In this document: positions 38,374 to 49,787 of the stretch, piece after piece | How the letters are laid out: each line of letters starts with the position of its first letter | Numbering within the stretch: the first letter of the stretch is position 1 | Assembly (NCBI GenBank): GCA_036771025.1 | Contig: DAIPIC010000001.1 | Coordinates: 1 to 56,249 of the forward strand | Direction: 5' to 3' | DNA from: Solirubrobacteraceae bacterium | GTDB lineage: Bacteria; Actinomycetota; Thermoleophilia; Solirubrobacterales; Solirubrobacteraceae | Length of the DNA: 56,249 bases | The notes under the pieces: model-generated | What the model saw: the letters and a program-made list of their open reading frames with translations, nothing else | Told to the model about the DNA's origin: nothing | Database searches by the model: none | Made by a program: the position numbers and the translations under genes

Positions 38374-38907
38374 ATGGCAGCCGCTCGGTTCGTAGAGCGC
38401 CTGAACGAGCAGATCTCGTATGAGTTTGCCGCGCAGCAGCAATACATAGCGAACGCCGTCTACTACGACGGCCAGACGCTCCCCCGGCTGGCTGCGTTCT
38501 TCTACGCCCAGGCGGTCGAGGAGCGCAGCCACGCGTTGATGATGGTCCAGTACCTGCTCGATTCCGACGCCCGCGTCGTCATCCCCGGCGTCGCTGCACC
38601 CGAGACAGACTTCGCGGACATCGTCGCGCCAGTGGCGCTGGCGCTCGACCAGGAGCGACGTGTTTCCGAGCAGATCGCCGATCTGGCGGCCGTTGCCCGC
38701 GAGGAAAACGACTTCCTCTCGGAGCAGTTCACGCAGTGGTTCCTGAAGGAGCAGGTCGAGGAGGTAGCGACGATGTCCTCGCTGCTGTCCGTCGTCGAGC
38801 GCTCGAGCGATACCCCGATGGTTATCGAGGACTACATGGTGCGCGAGCGCGGCCAACGGACGGAAGAGGACCCGACGGCGCCACCGGCGGCCGGCGGCGC
38901 GCTCTGA
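38374..38907 (+). CDS. Non-heme ferritin
   Basis: LNEQISYE, EERSHA, QE..VS, QWFLKEQVEE; SD AAGGAG. Confidence 0.92.
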   Translation: MAAARFVERLNEQISYEFAAQQQYIANAVYYDGQTLPRLAAFFYAQAVEERSHALMMVQYLLDSDARVVIPGVAAPETDFADIVAPVALALDQERRVSEQIADLAAVAREENDFLSEQFTQWFLKEQVEEVATMSSLLSVVERSSDTPMVIEDYMVRERGQRTEEDPTAPPAAGGAL

Positions 38908-39729
38908 TCACTCTCTGAACGCGCGGCGGGCCGCGCGGAGGCCAGCCGTCGCCAGCTCGGCGTATCCGTAGGTGCCCTGTTCACGGAGCTCGCGGGCGGC
39001 CTGGTCCAGGGCGCCCAAGCCGGCGAACGCGAACGCGCCTCCGACCGAGACCCGGCTTACGCCGAGCTCGGTGAGCCGAGCGACGGGGGGCAGCTGTGGC
39101 CGGGCGAGCACGTTCAGGGGACGCTCCACTGAATCGACGATCGAGCGGATGTCGCTTTCGTCTGTGATCCCCGGCGCATAGAGGACGTCGGCGCCGGCCT
39201 CCTGGTAGGCCCTCAGGCGTTCAAGCGTGTCGTCCAGGTCCGGACGGCCATGGAGGTAGTTCTCCGCGCGGGCCGTCAGCACAAGGCGGACCGGCGTGGC
39301 GTGCGCCGCTTCGGCCGCGGCCGCCACGCGCTCGGCCGCCAGCTGAAGGTCGTAGATGGGATCGTCCTGGGCGCCCGTGAAGTCCTCGATCGAGCAGCCG
39401 GCGAGGCCGGCGTCCATAGCCAGCCTGATCGTCTCGGCGACCTCCTGCGGTTCGTCCGCGAACCCGTTCTCCAAGTCCGCCGACACCGGCAGCTCCGTGG
39501 CCCCAACGATGTTCGCCGCGTGCGAGAGCGCTTCCGAGCGGGAGACCGAGTAGTCGAGCCGCCCCAGCGTCGCGGCGTAGCCGCTACTGGTGGTGGCCAG
39601 CGCCTCGAACCCCAAACCCTCAAGCACCCGCGCCGAGCCGAGGTCCCACGCGTTGGGCATGAGCAACGGAGAGCTCATGTTGTGCAACTCGAGGAAGTGG
39701 GCGGCTTTATCGCTCTGGCTGCTGGTCAT
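38908..39729 (-). CDS. Isocitrate lyase/PEP mutase family protein
   Basis: PNAWD, ATTSSG, SADLENGF, SIED, AGADVLYAPG, RVSVG; start at ATG 39729 overlapping the upstream TGA. Confidence 0.9.
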   Translation of the reverse strand: MTSSQSDKAAHFLELHNMSSPLLMPNAWDLGSARVLEGLGFEALATTSSGYAATLGRLDYSVSRSEALSHAANIVGATELPVSADLENGFADEPQEVAETIRLAMDAGLAGCSIEDFTGAQDDPIYDLQLAAERVAAAAEAAHATPVRLVLTARAENYLHGRPDLDDTLERLRAYQEAGADVLYAPGITDESDIRSIVDSVERPLNVLARPQLPPVARLTELGVSRVSVGGAFAFAGLGALDQAARELREQGTYGYAELATAGLRAARRAFRE

Positions 39730-40337
39730 TTCAACCCCTCCATAAATAGCGACCACGGCCGAGTCTCGATCGTCTCGACGTCCGGACAACGGCCCTGGCG
39801 GTACTCACAGCGCTCAATTTCATGAAACCCGACGCGCCGCAGAAGCTCGTCGAGCGATCCGGCGTTGTACATCCAGCGGTGGCGCGAGGTGTGACTGCGC
39901 CGCCCGCTGTGCGCGTCGTAGAGCCCGGCAAGGAAATCATCGGGGGCGGCGGGGTCGTACTGCGCCACGACCTCATCCAGATCGGGGACGGCGACTCGAA
40001 TGATCCCTCCCGGGCGAAGCACACGATGCACCTCTCTGAGGCACCGCTCCGCCACGCCGGGGTCCAGGTGCTCGAGCAGGTGAGAGGCATACACGGCCTC
40101 GAAGGTGTCGTCGTCGAAGCGGAATCGTCGCGCCACGTCGAGGTACCGCAAGCGACCGAATTTCCCGTGGCGGTGCGCGGTGTATCGATCCTCGTCGATC
40201 AGACCGAGAAGGTGCAGCAGCCGAGCCAGGCCCGGCACGCGCGCCACGAACAGATGTGGGGTTACGTCGGTGTTGAGCCACCCCTCCTGGGCCTGATCGA
40301 AGGCCCCGAGGTGGAGCCGGCGAGGGGCACCGGTCAT
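39726..40337 (-). CDS. Class I SAM-dependent methyltransferase
   Basis: LHLG..GWLNTD, YASHLLEHL, RVLRPGG.IRVAVPD, HRWMY. Confidence 0.85.
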   Translation of the reverse strand: MTGAPRRLHLGAFDQAQEGWLNTDVTPHLFVARVPGLARLLHLLGLIDEDRYTAHRHGKFGRLRYLDVARRFRFDDDTFEAVYASHLLEHLDPGVAERCLREVHRVLRPGGIIRVAVPDLDEVVAQYDPAAPDDFLAGLYDAHSGRRSHTSRHRWMYNAGSLDELLRRVGFHEIERCEYRQGRCPDVETIETRPWSLFMEGLK

Positions 40338-41869
40338 CGCCCGTCGCGAGCGCTCAGGCGCCGCACGTGGTGCAGGTCTCCGCGCCGGATCGTGACCTTC
40401 TCCGAGTCAAGATGCTCGAGCAGCGCCTGGGCAAATTTCCGTGACGTTCCGAGCTCGTCGCGCAGCTGAGCCAGCGTGACGTGTCCCTGATGGCGCTGCG
40501 CGAGCTCGAGCACCCGGCGTCTGACCTCCGCCAGCACGTCGGGGTGGTAATGCAAACTCTTCGAGACACGGATGGCGCGGCCGGCCGAGCGCAGAGCTGC
40601 GAGGTCGTCGGTGTCGAGGTCTGACTCGAGAGGCGGTTCGAAGCCTGCGTCCTTCAGTCGCCGTTCAAGAGCCGTGGCGCTGGGCGGCAACCGGCCGGGG
40701 GCAACCGGCTTGCCCGAGTTGCCCCCGCGCGCCCGCGCGCCCGCGCTTTTGCTCCTCTCCTCAATGTCATCCGGCATCTTCTCCCCCCGAGCCAGGCGCT
40801 CCAGCCGGGCGAGCAGCTCGCGGCTCGGCCCGTGCCGCTTGGGATGAGCATCCAAGACGATGCCGCCGCCGAGCGTGTCAGGGGGGGCGATCTGGCGAAC
40901 GACGATGCGGTCGCGCGCCGCGGGGACGAGCGGCTGCTCGAGCCTCACCTGCCAGAAGGGGCCGCCAAGCCAGGCGAGGCGCGCCGGGCTCTCGCGAGTG
41001 CCGTGGTGGATCTGGACGCGCTCCGAGTGCTGCGGCTCGTCGTCTGCGAACGACAACGACACGTCGAGCCTGTAGGTCGGGGCGAGCCCCGAGTCGGCGG
41101 ACGCCAGCACGTCCCCCCGCCCGACCTCCGGGACCGCAACGCCGGTCAGATTCACCGCCACCCGCTGCCCGGCGGGCGCCCGCTCGACGGCCTCATCGTG
41201 CACCTGGACTGCCCGTACACGCACACGTTTGCCCGCGGGCAGAAGCTCCATCTCGTCTCCCCGGCCCACGTCGCCAGACCACAGCGTCCCTGTGATGACC
41301 GTGCCGGCGCCCCGAATCGTGAACACGCGATCGACGTGCAGCCGCGCGGGGCCGGCGCGCTCCCCGCGGCTGCTCACCCCGGCGGCCGTCTCGTCAAGCG
41401 CCGCGCGAAGCTCATCTAGCCCGGTGCCGGTGCGCGACGAAACCGCCAGGATCGAACTTGCCCCAGGCAGGAGATCGGCGCACTCCAGCATCGCCGGCTC
41501 GGGATCGGCGAGGTCGCGCTTGGTGACAGCGACCACGCCCGCTTCGACGTCCAGCGCGCGAAGCACGGCGGCGTGCTCGCGCGTCTGGGGCATGACGCCG
41601 TCGTCCGCCGCCACCGTCATCAGATACAGGTCGATCCCCGTCGCGCCGGCGACCATCGTGCGCACGAACCGCTCGTGTCCGGGCGCATCGACGACGGACA
41701 GCTTCCGGCCCGAAGGCAGCGCCAGGCTGGCGTAGCCGAGTTCGATCGAGATCCCACGGGCGCGCTCCTGCGGCAGCCGGTCCGTGTCAACGCCGGTCAG
41801 CGCGCGGATCAACGCAGTCTTGCCGTGGTCGATGTGGCCGGCGGTCCCGAGCGTGAGCGGGCCATTCAT
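40334..41869 (-). CDS. selB: Selenocysteine-specific elongation factor
   Basis: [29 protein letters not shown]-terminal winged helix [17 protein letters not shown]; adjacent to selA. Confidence 0.94.
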   Translation of the reverse strand: MNGPLTLGTAGHIDHGKTALIRALTGVDTDRLPQERARGISIELGYASLALPSGRKLSVVDAPGHERFVRTMVAGATGIDLYLMTVAADDGVMPQTREHAAVLRALDVEAGVVAVTKRDLADPEPAMLECADLLPGASSILAVSSRTGTGLDELRAALDETAAGVSSRGERAGPARLHVDRVFTIRGAGTVITGTLWSGDVGRGDEMELLPAGKRVRVRAVQVHDEAVERAPAGQRVAVNLTGVAVPEVGRGDVLASADSGLAPTYRLDVSLSFADDEPQHSERVQIHHGTRESPARLAWLGGPFWQVRLEQPLVPAARDRIVVRQIAPPDTLGGGIVLDAHPKRHGPSRELLARLERLARGEKMPDDIEERSKSAGARARGGNSGKPVAPGRLPPSATALERRLKDAGFEPPLESDLDTDDLAALRSAGRAIRVSKSLHYHPDVLAEVRRRVLELAQRHQGHVTLAQLRDELGTSRKFAQALLEHLDSEKVTIRRGDLHHVRRLSARDGR

Positions 41870-43215
41870 CGCAGCGCACTTCGGACCGCGGTGGCGACCA
41901 GGTCTGCCTCCTCATCTGTCAGCGTGCGGGGATCCAGGAGAACACGGCCCTCGCGGATGCGCGCGATCACGGGCGGGTCGCCGGCACGCAGGGAAGCGGC
42001 CAACGCGTCGGCGCCGCGACGGTCGTCGATCGCCACCACCGGTCCTTCGAGTTCCAGCAGCGGCAGCGCTCCGCCGCCGACCTTCGCGCTGGCCCAAACG
42101 ATCTCCGCCGCCTCGGAGCCGAGCGCGACACAGATCTTTCGGGCGCGACCGGCGAGCTCTTCCTCGCTTGAGCACAGCATGGCCAGGACCGGGATCTCCC
42201 GCCGGGCTCGATCGGGCTCGCGGTACAGCGACAGAGTTGCCTCCAGGGCCGCCAGCGAGAGCTTGTCGATCCGAACGGCACGCGCCAGGGGGTGCGATCG
42301 AGCACTCGCGACCGCCGTCGCGGTGCCGAGAAGCAGGCCGGATTGTGGTCCGCCCAGCAGCTTGTCGCCCGAGCAGCACACCAGTGCCGCACCCGCGGCC
42401 ACGGACCGCCTCAGCGATGGCTCATCCTCCAGGGGCTCGGCCAGCACGCCGGAGCCCACGTCGTCGATCACCGGCACCCCAAGCGCGCACAGCGGCTCGA
42501 TCGCCACATCGGAGACGAAGCCAAGCGCCCGGAAGTTCGACTGGTGCACGCGGAGGATCGCACCCGCACGGTCGCCGAGCGAGTCGAGCGCGCGCCGGTA
42601 GTCGGCAAGCGAGGTGCGATTGGTCGTTCCCACCTCGACCAGCTCGGAGCCTGACTGAGCGATCACCTCGGGGATCCGGAATCCGCCCCCGATCTCCACC
42701 AGCTGCCCCCGAGAGACTACGATCGCCCGCTGGCGTCCAGCCAGCGCTGCCGCCGCCAGCAGCACGGCCGCAGCGCCGTTGTTGACGGCAAGGGCCGCTT
42801 GGGCGCCGGTCAGCTGGCAGAGCAGTTGCTCCACGTGCGCCTGCCGCGAACCTCGTTGTCCGCTGTCCAAGTCGAGTTCGAGATTCGAGTATCCCTGCGC
42901 CGCTGAGGCCACCGCGTCGCGCGCGGCGGCACCCAATGGGGCCCGACCCAAATTGGTGTGCACGATCACCCCTGTGGCGTTGAGCACGGGCCGGAGCGAG
43001 GGCCGTTGCAGTTCCATGACGAGACGGCTCGCCCTCGCCGTCACCCCCTGGCTGCCGGCTGGCCGGCCAGCCAGGATGCGGTCCCGTTCTTCCTCGATCG
43101 CCCGCCGGGCGGCCACGACGGCCAGTGCGTGCGGAGCCTCGAGTGCCGCGGCCAGCTCGTGGACCGCGGGCAGAGCGCTCAGCCCTCGACGGTCGGCGTC
43201 GAGCCGCTCACCCAC
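41866..43215 (-). CDS. selA: L-seryl-tRNA(Sec) selenium transferase
   Basis: [54 protein letters not shown]. Confidence 0.96.
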   Translation of the reverse strand: MGERLDADRRGLSALPAVHELAAALEAPHALAVVAARRAIEEERDRILAGRPAGSQGVTARASRLVMELQRPSLRPVLNATGVIVHTNLGRAPLGAAARDAVASAAQGYSNLELDLDSGQRGSRQAHVEQLLCQLTGAQAALAVNNGAAAVLLAAAALAGRQRAIVVSRGQLVEIGGGFRIPEVIAQSGSELVEVGTTNRTSLADYRRALDSLGDRAGAILRVHQSNFRALGFVSDVAIEPLCALGVPVIDDVGSGVLAEPLEDEPSLRRSVAAGAALVCCSGDKLLGGPQSGLLLGTATAVASARSHPLARAVRIDKLSLAALEATLSLYREPDRARREIPVLAMLCSSEEELAGRARKICVALGSEAAEIVWASAKVGGGALPLLELEGPVVAIDDRRGADALAASLRAGDPPVIARIREGRVLLDPRTLTDEEADLVATAVRSALR

Positions 43216-43829
43216 TGGCCCTCCTCCTGCTTGAAGATCGGCACCTGATCCTTGATTCGGTCGATGATCTCGCGAGCACCGGCAAATGCCTCGGCCCTGT
43301 GGGGGGCGGACACCGCCACGACCACCGACGGTTCAGAGAGAGGCACGGTCCCCACTCTGTGCTCGGCGGCCGCGGCGCACAGTCCGTGGCGCTCCACGGC
43401 CCTCGTCACGACCTCCGCGATCTGGCGCTCGGCCATCTCGGCATAGGCCTCGTATTCGAGCGCTGAGACCTCCCGCGTGACCCCTTCGAAGGTGACGACG
43501 GCCCCGGCATGCGGATCGCGGACCATCTCGCGCAGCGATTCGGCCGACAGCGGTTCTTCGGAGACGCGGACGTGCACCGCTTCCGCCGGCCGCGAGTCAC
43601 CTCCGGATACCGGCGGGATCAGTGCCAGCTCGTCGCCGGGATGCAACGGGGCCTGCGGCTCGGCGTACTCATGGTTGACCGCCATGACGACCGGGACGCC
43701 GTCGGTGAGATGCCGCATCCGCTCGATGGCATCGGCGACCACCGCGCCGTCGGGGAGCTCGAGCTCAACCTGATCTGAGCCGCCGGCGCGATCTCTGAGG
43801 ATCGCGAACAGCCGCACGCGCACGTGCAT
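43179..43829 (-). CDS. Fused MoaD-MoaE molybdopterin synthase (MoaX-like)
   Basis: VRLFA...LIPPVSGG sulfur-carrier domain, then GAVVTFEG, LEYEAY, HRVG, HRAEAF, PIFK; start ATG 43829. Confidence 0.92.
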   Translation of the reverse strand: MHVRVRLFAILRDRAGGSDQVELELPDGAVVADAIERMRHLTDGVPVVMAVNHEYAEPQAPLHPGDELALIPPVSGGDSRPAEAVHVRVSEEPLSAESLREMVRDPHAGAVVTFEGVTREVSALEYEAYAEMAERQIAEVVTRAVERHGLCAAAAEHRVGTVPLSEPSVVVAVSAPHRAEAFAGAREIIDRIKDQVPIFKQEEGQWVSGSTPTVEG

Positions 43830-43943
43830 GGATCGAAGGCTACGCGAGGGGCGCTCAAACGCCAGTGTTGGCACTCCGTTAACAGCTCGGGGCCGGGCCC
43901 TCCCTCCGCATATCCTGCCGACGTTCGACGAGGAAGGAGTCGC

Positions 43944-44846
43944 ATGGGAAGTACGAGGAGCTGGTCCGCGGTAGCCCTGACCGCTGTGGCATTGGCGGCC
44001 ACGACGGCATGCGGCGGCAGCAAGAAGACGAGCAGTACGACCGCGACGACATCGGCGCCGGCTGTCGCGGCCGATCCCTCAGTACAGAAGCTGGTACCGG
44101 CGGCGGTGAAGTCCAAGGGCACGCTGACCGTCGCTGCTGACGCAAGCTACGCACCGAACGAGTTCATCGCTCCCGACGGCCACACGGTCATCGGGATGGA
44201 CCCGGACCTGGTGAAGGCGATAGCCGCGGTGATGGGCCTCAGGGACAAGGTCGTCAACGTCCCGTTCGCCAGCATCATCCCCGGGCTGCAGGCGGGTAAA
44301 TATGACGTTGGGGCCTCGTCATTCACCGACACGAAGGCCAGGGAAAAGACCGTTGACTTCGTGACGTATCTGGACGTCGGGGAGGCGTTTTTGACGAAGG
44401 CCGGAACCGGTGTCAGCCCGAAGGCGCTTCCAGACCTCTGCGGTCTCACCGTGTCCGTCGAGGCCGGGACGACCGAGCTGAGTGATGCGCAGGCTCAGAA
44501 CAAGAAGTGCGCGGCAGCGGGAAAGAAGGCGATCAAGCTGCTCGTCTTTCCGGACCAGAATGGGGCCAACCTGGCCCTGCGCAGCGGTCGCGCCCAGGTC
44601 GATTTCGCGGACTCGCCAATCATCGCCTACCAGGTCAGGAAGTTGGGCGTTCAGGTGCAGTCCAGCCCGACCTTCGGGGTCGCCCCCTACGGCTTGGCAC
44701 TCCCGAAGAAGAACGGGATGGACAAGGCAGTTCTCGCGGCGCTCAAGGTGCTGATGCAGAAGGGGACGTACGTGACGATCCTCAAGAGGTGGCAGCTCGA
44801 AAGCGCGGCGATCAGCAATCCGAAGATCAACGGCGCGACGAGCTAG
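43944..44846 (+). CDS. Polar amino-acid ABC transporter substrate-binding lipoprotein
   Basis: SD AAGGAG; lipobox TTAC; DASYAPNEF, SFTDTKAREK.VDF. Confidence 0.9.
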   Translation: MGSTRSWSAVALTAVALAATTACGGSKKTSSTTATTSAPAVAADPSVQKLVPAAVKSKGTLTVAADASYAPNEFIAPDGHTVIGMDPDLVKAIAAVMGLRDKVVNVPFASIIPGLQAGKYDVGASSFTDTKAREKTVDFVTYLDVGEAFLTKAGTGVSPKALPDLCGLTVSVEAGTTELSDAQAQNKKCAAAGKKAIKLLVFPDQNGANLALRSGRAQVDFADSPIIAYQVRKLGVQVQSSPTFGVAPYGLALPKKNGMDKAVLAALKVLMQKGTYVTILKRWQLESAAISNPKINGATS

Positions 44847-44867
44847 GCGCCACACTACGGCTCAGAG

Positions 44868-45794
44868 GTGAGTACCTCCGGGCTGACCGATAAGCAACGG
44901 ACGGGGCGGCCTGAGGACATCAAGGCCGTCCCGGTCCGGCGCCCAGGACGGTGGATCGCGTCGGCGATCGTGGTTGTCGTGCTGGCGTCGATCATCCGCT
45001 CGATCGCCACCAACAGCCGGTTCGAGTGGGGTCTCGTCGGTCATTACCTATTCGACCCGCGGATCCTCCACGGGGTCACGGTGACGCTCGAGCTGACAGC
45101 GCTGTCCATGGCAGTCGGGATCGTGCTGGGCATCGTCTCGGCCGTGATGCGCCTTTCGCCAAGCCCCCTGGTGTCTGGCGCGAGCTGGTTCTACGTCTGG
45201 TTCTTCCGTGGCACGCCATTGCTCGTCCAGCTGTTGTTCTGGGGGTTCATCGCCGCCCTTTATCCGACGATCGACCTCGGCGTGCCCTTTGGGCCCTCGT
45301 TCATCCATGCCAATGCCAATTCGCTGATCACGCCGTTCGTCGCCGCCCTCTTGGGATTGGGCCTAAACGAGGGCGCCTACATGTCGGAAATCGTCCGCGC
45401 GGGGATCATCTCCGTAGACGAGGGGCAAACGGACGCCGCCCAATCCCTAGGGATGACGCGGCTTCAGATCATGCGACTCATCGTGCTGCCTCAGGCCATG
45501 CGGGTGATCATCCCGCCCACGGGCAACGAGACGATCTCGATGCTCAAGAACACCTCGTTGGTGATCGTGCTCGGCGCCGTTTTCGACCTGCTGTTCGAGG
45601 CCCAACAGATCTACAACGCCAACTACAAGACCATTCAGCTGTTGATCGTCGCCAGCATCTGGTACGTGGTGATGACGAGCGTCGCGTACGTGTTGCAGTA
45701 CTTCATCGAGCGCCACTTCGGCCGCGGCTTCACGCGAGCCGAGCGCGTGTCCCTCGGGGCCCGCTGGTTGGGCTCCCTCAGCCCCCGTCGATGA
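44868..45794 (+). CDS. Amino-acid ABC transporter permease
   Basis: [42 protein letters not shown]. Confidence 0.93.
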   Translation: MSTSGLTDKQRTGRPEDIKAVPVRRPGRWIASAIVVVVLASIIRSIATNSRFEWGLVGHYLFDPRILHGVTVTLELTALSMAVGIVLGIVSAVMRLSPSPLVSGASWFYVWFFRGTPLLVQLLFWGFIAALYPTIDLGVPFGPSFIHANANSLITPFVAALLGLGLNEGAYMSEIVRAGIISVDEGQTDAAQSLGMTRLQIMRLIVLPQAMRVIIPPTGNETISMLKNTSLVIVLGAVFDLLFEAQQIYNANYKTIQLLIVASIWYVVMTSVAYVLQYFIERHFGRGFTRAERVSLGARWLGSLSPRR

Positions 45795-46552
45795 CGGCGA
45801 TGGTCAAAGCCGAGGGCGTTCACAAGCGGTTCGGACGCCTGGAGGTGCTGAATGGCATAGACCTGGAGGTACAGCCCGGCGAGGTCATGGTGATGCTTGG
45901 CCCCTCCGGCTCGGGCAAATCGACATTTCTGCGCTGCGTGAACCACCTCGAGAAGATCAACGCCGGCCGGTTGTCAGTCGACGGTGAGCTGGTCGGCTAC
46001 CGGGAGGCCGGCGGCAGGCTCCACGAATTGCACGAGCGCGAAGTGGCGCGCAAGCGCGCGGAGATCGGGATGGTCTTCCAGCACTTCAACCTATTCCCAC
46101 ACCTGCCCGCACTCGAGAACGTGGCCCTTGCCCCGGTGCGTGTCGCGGGAGTAGGCCGGGAGGAGGCCCGAAGGCGAGCTCAGGAGCTACTGGGCCGGGT
46201 CGGTCTCGAGGACAAGCTCGATACCTATCCCGTCGCGCTCTCCGGAGGCCAACAGCAGCGAGTGGCGATCGCCCGGGCGCTGGCCATGCATCCGAAGCTG
46301 ATGCTGTTCGACGAGCCCACCTCCGCGCTCGACCCCGAGCTGGTGGGAGAGGTGCTGGACGTGATGCGCCAGCTGGCGGGGGACGGGATGACGATGATCG
46401 TCGTCACCCATGAGATGGGGTTCGCGCGGGAGGTCGCCGACCAGGTCGTGTTCATGGACGAGGGGCTGGTGGTCGAGTCCGGGCCGCCAGCCCAGGTGCT
46501 CGTCCATCCGCGCCACGAGCGGACCCAGGCCTTCCTGTCAAAGGTGCTCTGA
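45791..46552 (+). CDS. Amino-acid ABC transporter ATPase (GlnQ-like)
   Basis: [40 protein letters not shown] overlap. Confidence 0.95.
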   Translation: MTAMVKAEGVHKRFGRLEVLNGIDLEVQPGEVMVMLGPSGSGKSTFLRCVNHLEKINAGRLSVDGELVGYREAGGRLHELHEREVARKRAEIGMVFQHFNLFPHLPALENVALAPVRVAGVGREEARRRAQELLGRVGLEDKLDTYPVALSGGQQQRVAIARALAMHPKLMLFDEPTSALDPELVGEVLDVMRQLAGDGMTMIVVTHEMGFAREVADQVVFMDEGLVVESGPPAQVLVHPRHERTQAFLSKVL

Positions 46553-46698
46553 GGGCCCGCCCGGCCGGGTCCGGGCGCGGCGCGGCTCGACTCGTACGAG
46601 GTTGGGACCGCTGGAGGTACATAACGTCGCACGAGTGGGCGCTGCGCTCGCGCCACTGCATAGCCCGCGGGCCAGCGGCCGGAGGTAACCTGCCTCGC

Positions 46699-48320
<1,622 letters not shown>

Positions 48321-48321
<1 letters not shown>

Positions 48322-48902
48322 TGCGGATATTTCTGGCCGGGGCCAGCGGGGTCATCGGCGTCCGATTGATCCCGCTGCTCGTCGGCGACGGACACCAGGT
48401 GGCGGGAATGACCCGCTCCCCGGGCAAGACCGAAATGCTGCGCGAGCTCGGCGCCGAGCCGGTCCTCTGCGACGTTTACGACGCCGATGCCCTGAGCGAG
48501 GAAGTGACTCGGTTCGGGACCGAGCTGGTCATGCACCAGCTGACCGATCTGCCGGATCACGCCGATCAGATCGGCGACTACCGGGACCGAAACAACCGGA
48601 TGCGCACCGAAGGGACCCGCAACCTGATCGCGGCCATGAAAGCGGCGGGAGCCGAGCGCTTGATCGCCCAGAGCATTGCCTGGCGGCCGCCGGCCGGAGG
48701 CGAGGCGGTCGAAGGGCACGAGCGCCTGGTGCTGGACGCCGGCGGCGTCGTCCTCGAGTACGGAACGTTCTACGGACCGGACACCTATGGCGGTGACCGC
48801 GTGCCCGACCAGCCGCGGATCCACGTCGAGGAGGCGGCGCGACGGACGCTTGAGCTGTTGCAGGCCCCGAGTGGCGTGTACGTGGTCGCCGAGTCCCCGT
48901 AG
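48321..48902 (+). CDS. Short NAD(P)-binding epimerase/dehydratase-like protein
   Basis: RIFLAGASGVIG, HQLTDL, RTEGTRNL, FYGP; TGATG overlap. Confidence 0.85.
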
Positions 48903-49022
48903 CTAATGCTCGGTATCCAGGCCTCCATCTGCGGCGGCCCGTAGCGCTCGCCTCCATGCAGGCCATCTTCCCGCTCCTCGCGCGCGGCAGGAGTCGCGCC
49001 GGGACGCACGAAACCCGGGGCC

Positions 49023-49751
49023 ATGAACGAGCAACAGGCGAGTCGTACCCTGCTGAAGTCTCCACCGGAGCTGTGGGCCGAATGCAGCGATGCCCAGTCG
49101 CTGTCGAAGCATTTCGGGGACTCCATCGGCGAGATCCAGATAACGAAGCTCGAGCCCGAGCACACCGTCGCCTGGGAGGGCGATCGCACGAGCGGCACGG
49201 TCAAGCTCGAGCCCTCGGGATGGGGTACCCGCGTGACGCTGACGTGCTCGACGGCTGCGGTCGAGGACGTGGAGACGGAGGCCGCGAAGACAGAGCCCGA
49301 GCCGCAGGCGCCCGAACCAGAGCCGCGTCCCGCGCCGCGTGAGGCCAGTACCGAGCCGCCGGCGGACGAGCCGCTCCGTGGCGCACGGCCGGACGACCCG
49401 CCCCGCGACGTACGGCCGGACGAGCCGCCCCGTAACGTACGGCCGGACGAGCCGCCCCGCGGCCGGCTCTTCGCACGCATGATGCGCTGGTTCAGCCCGG
49501 AGCGGCCGTGGGTCGAGCCCGCGGCGCCGGTCGCGGAGCAACCGCCGCCCGAGCCGGCCGCGGAGCAACCGCCGCCCGAGCCGGCCGCGGAGCAACCGAC
49601 GCCCGAGCCACCCGCGTCCCCGGAGCCGGCCCGCGTAAGCGAGGCCTCCCACGCGCGAGAGCCAGCCGACGCGAGCCAGCCCGGGGAGGCCCTGGCGGCG
49701 GCCCTCGAGAGCCTCGGCCAGGCTCACCATCGGCCGTTCTCCCGGGCGTAG
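49023..49751 (+). CDS. Hypothetical protein: small SRPBCC-like N-domain, Pro/Glu repeat linker, short C-terminal motif
   Basis: KSPPELWAE..LEPSGWGTRVTL beta-rich core; internal repeats; ends LESLGQAHHRPFSRA. Confidence 0.7.
   Translation: MNEQQASRTLLKSPPELWAECSDAQSLSKHFGDSIGEIQITKLEPEHTVAWEGDRTSGTVKLEPSGWGTRVTLTCSTAAVEDVETEAAKTEPEPQAPEPEPRPAPREASTEPPADEPLRGARPDDPPRDVRPDEPPRNVRPDEPPRGRLFARMMRWFSPERPWVEPAAPVAEQPPPEPAAEQPPPEPAAEQPTPEPPASPEPARVSEASHAREPADASQPGEALAAALESLGQAHHRPFSRA
49386..49609. repeat. Two sets of 27-nt coding tandem repeats (RPDEPPRxV x3; AEQPPPEPA x3)
   Basis: 49386-49460 and 49533-49609. Confidence 0.85.
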
Positions 49752-49787
49752 CCGCCAGGCGCCAACGCGGGGATACACTCGCGGGCC

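Noticed and set aside
38908..43829. Selenocysteine read-through at the TGA stops of the sel operon genes; tRNA-Sec nearby
   Set aside because: Most of these TGAs are ATGA coupling overlaps at natural protein ends; no tRNA with a TCA anticodon seen
46553..46698. Cobalamin riboswitch before the mutase (GCCACTG ... ACCTGCC)
   Set aside because: Lacks the GGGAA..GGTG..AATCC core; TAACCT 7 nt before ATG points to a leaderless transcript
48903..49022. GGA-rich minus-strand tract or small ORF between the epimerase and the repeat protein
   Set aside because: No promoter seen and the ORF runs antisense into the epimerase; too weak
49386..49609. CRISPR-like 27-nt repeats
   Set aside because: No spacers, in-frame coding repeats, no cas genes
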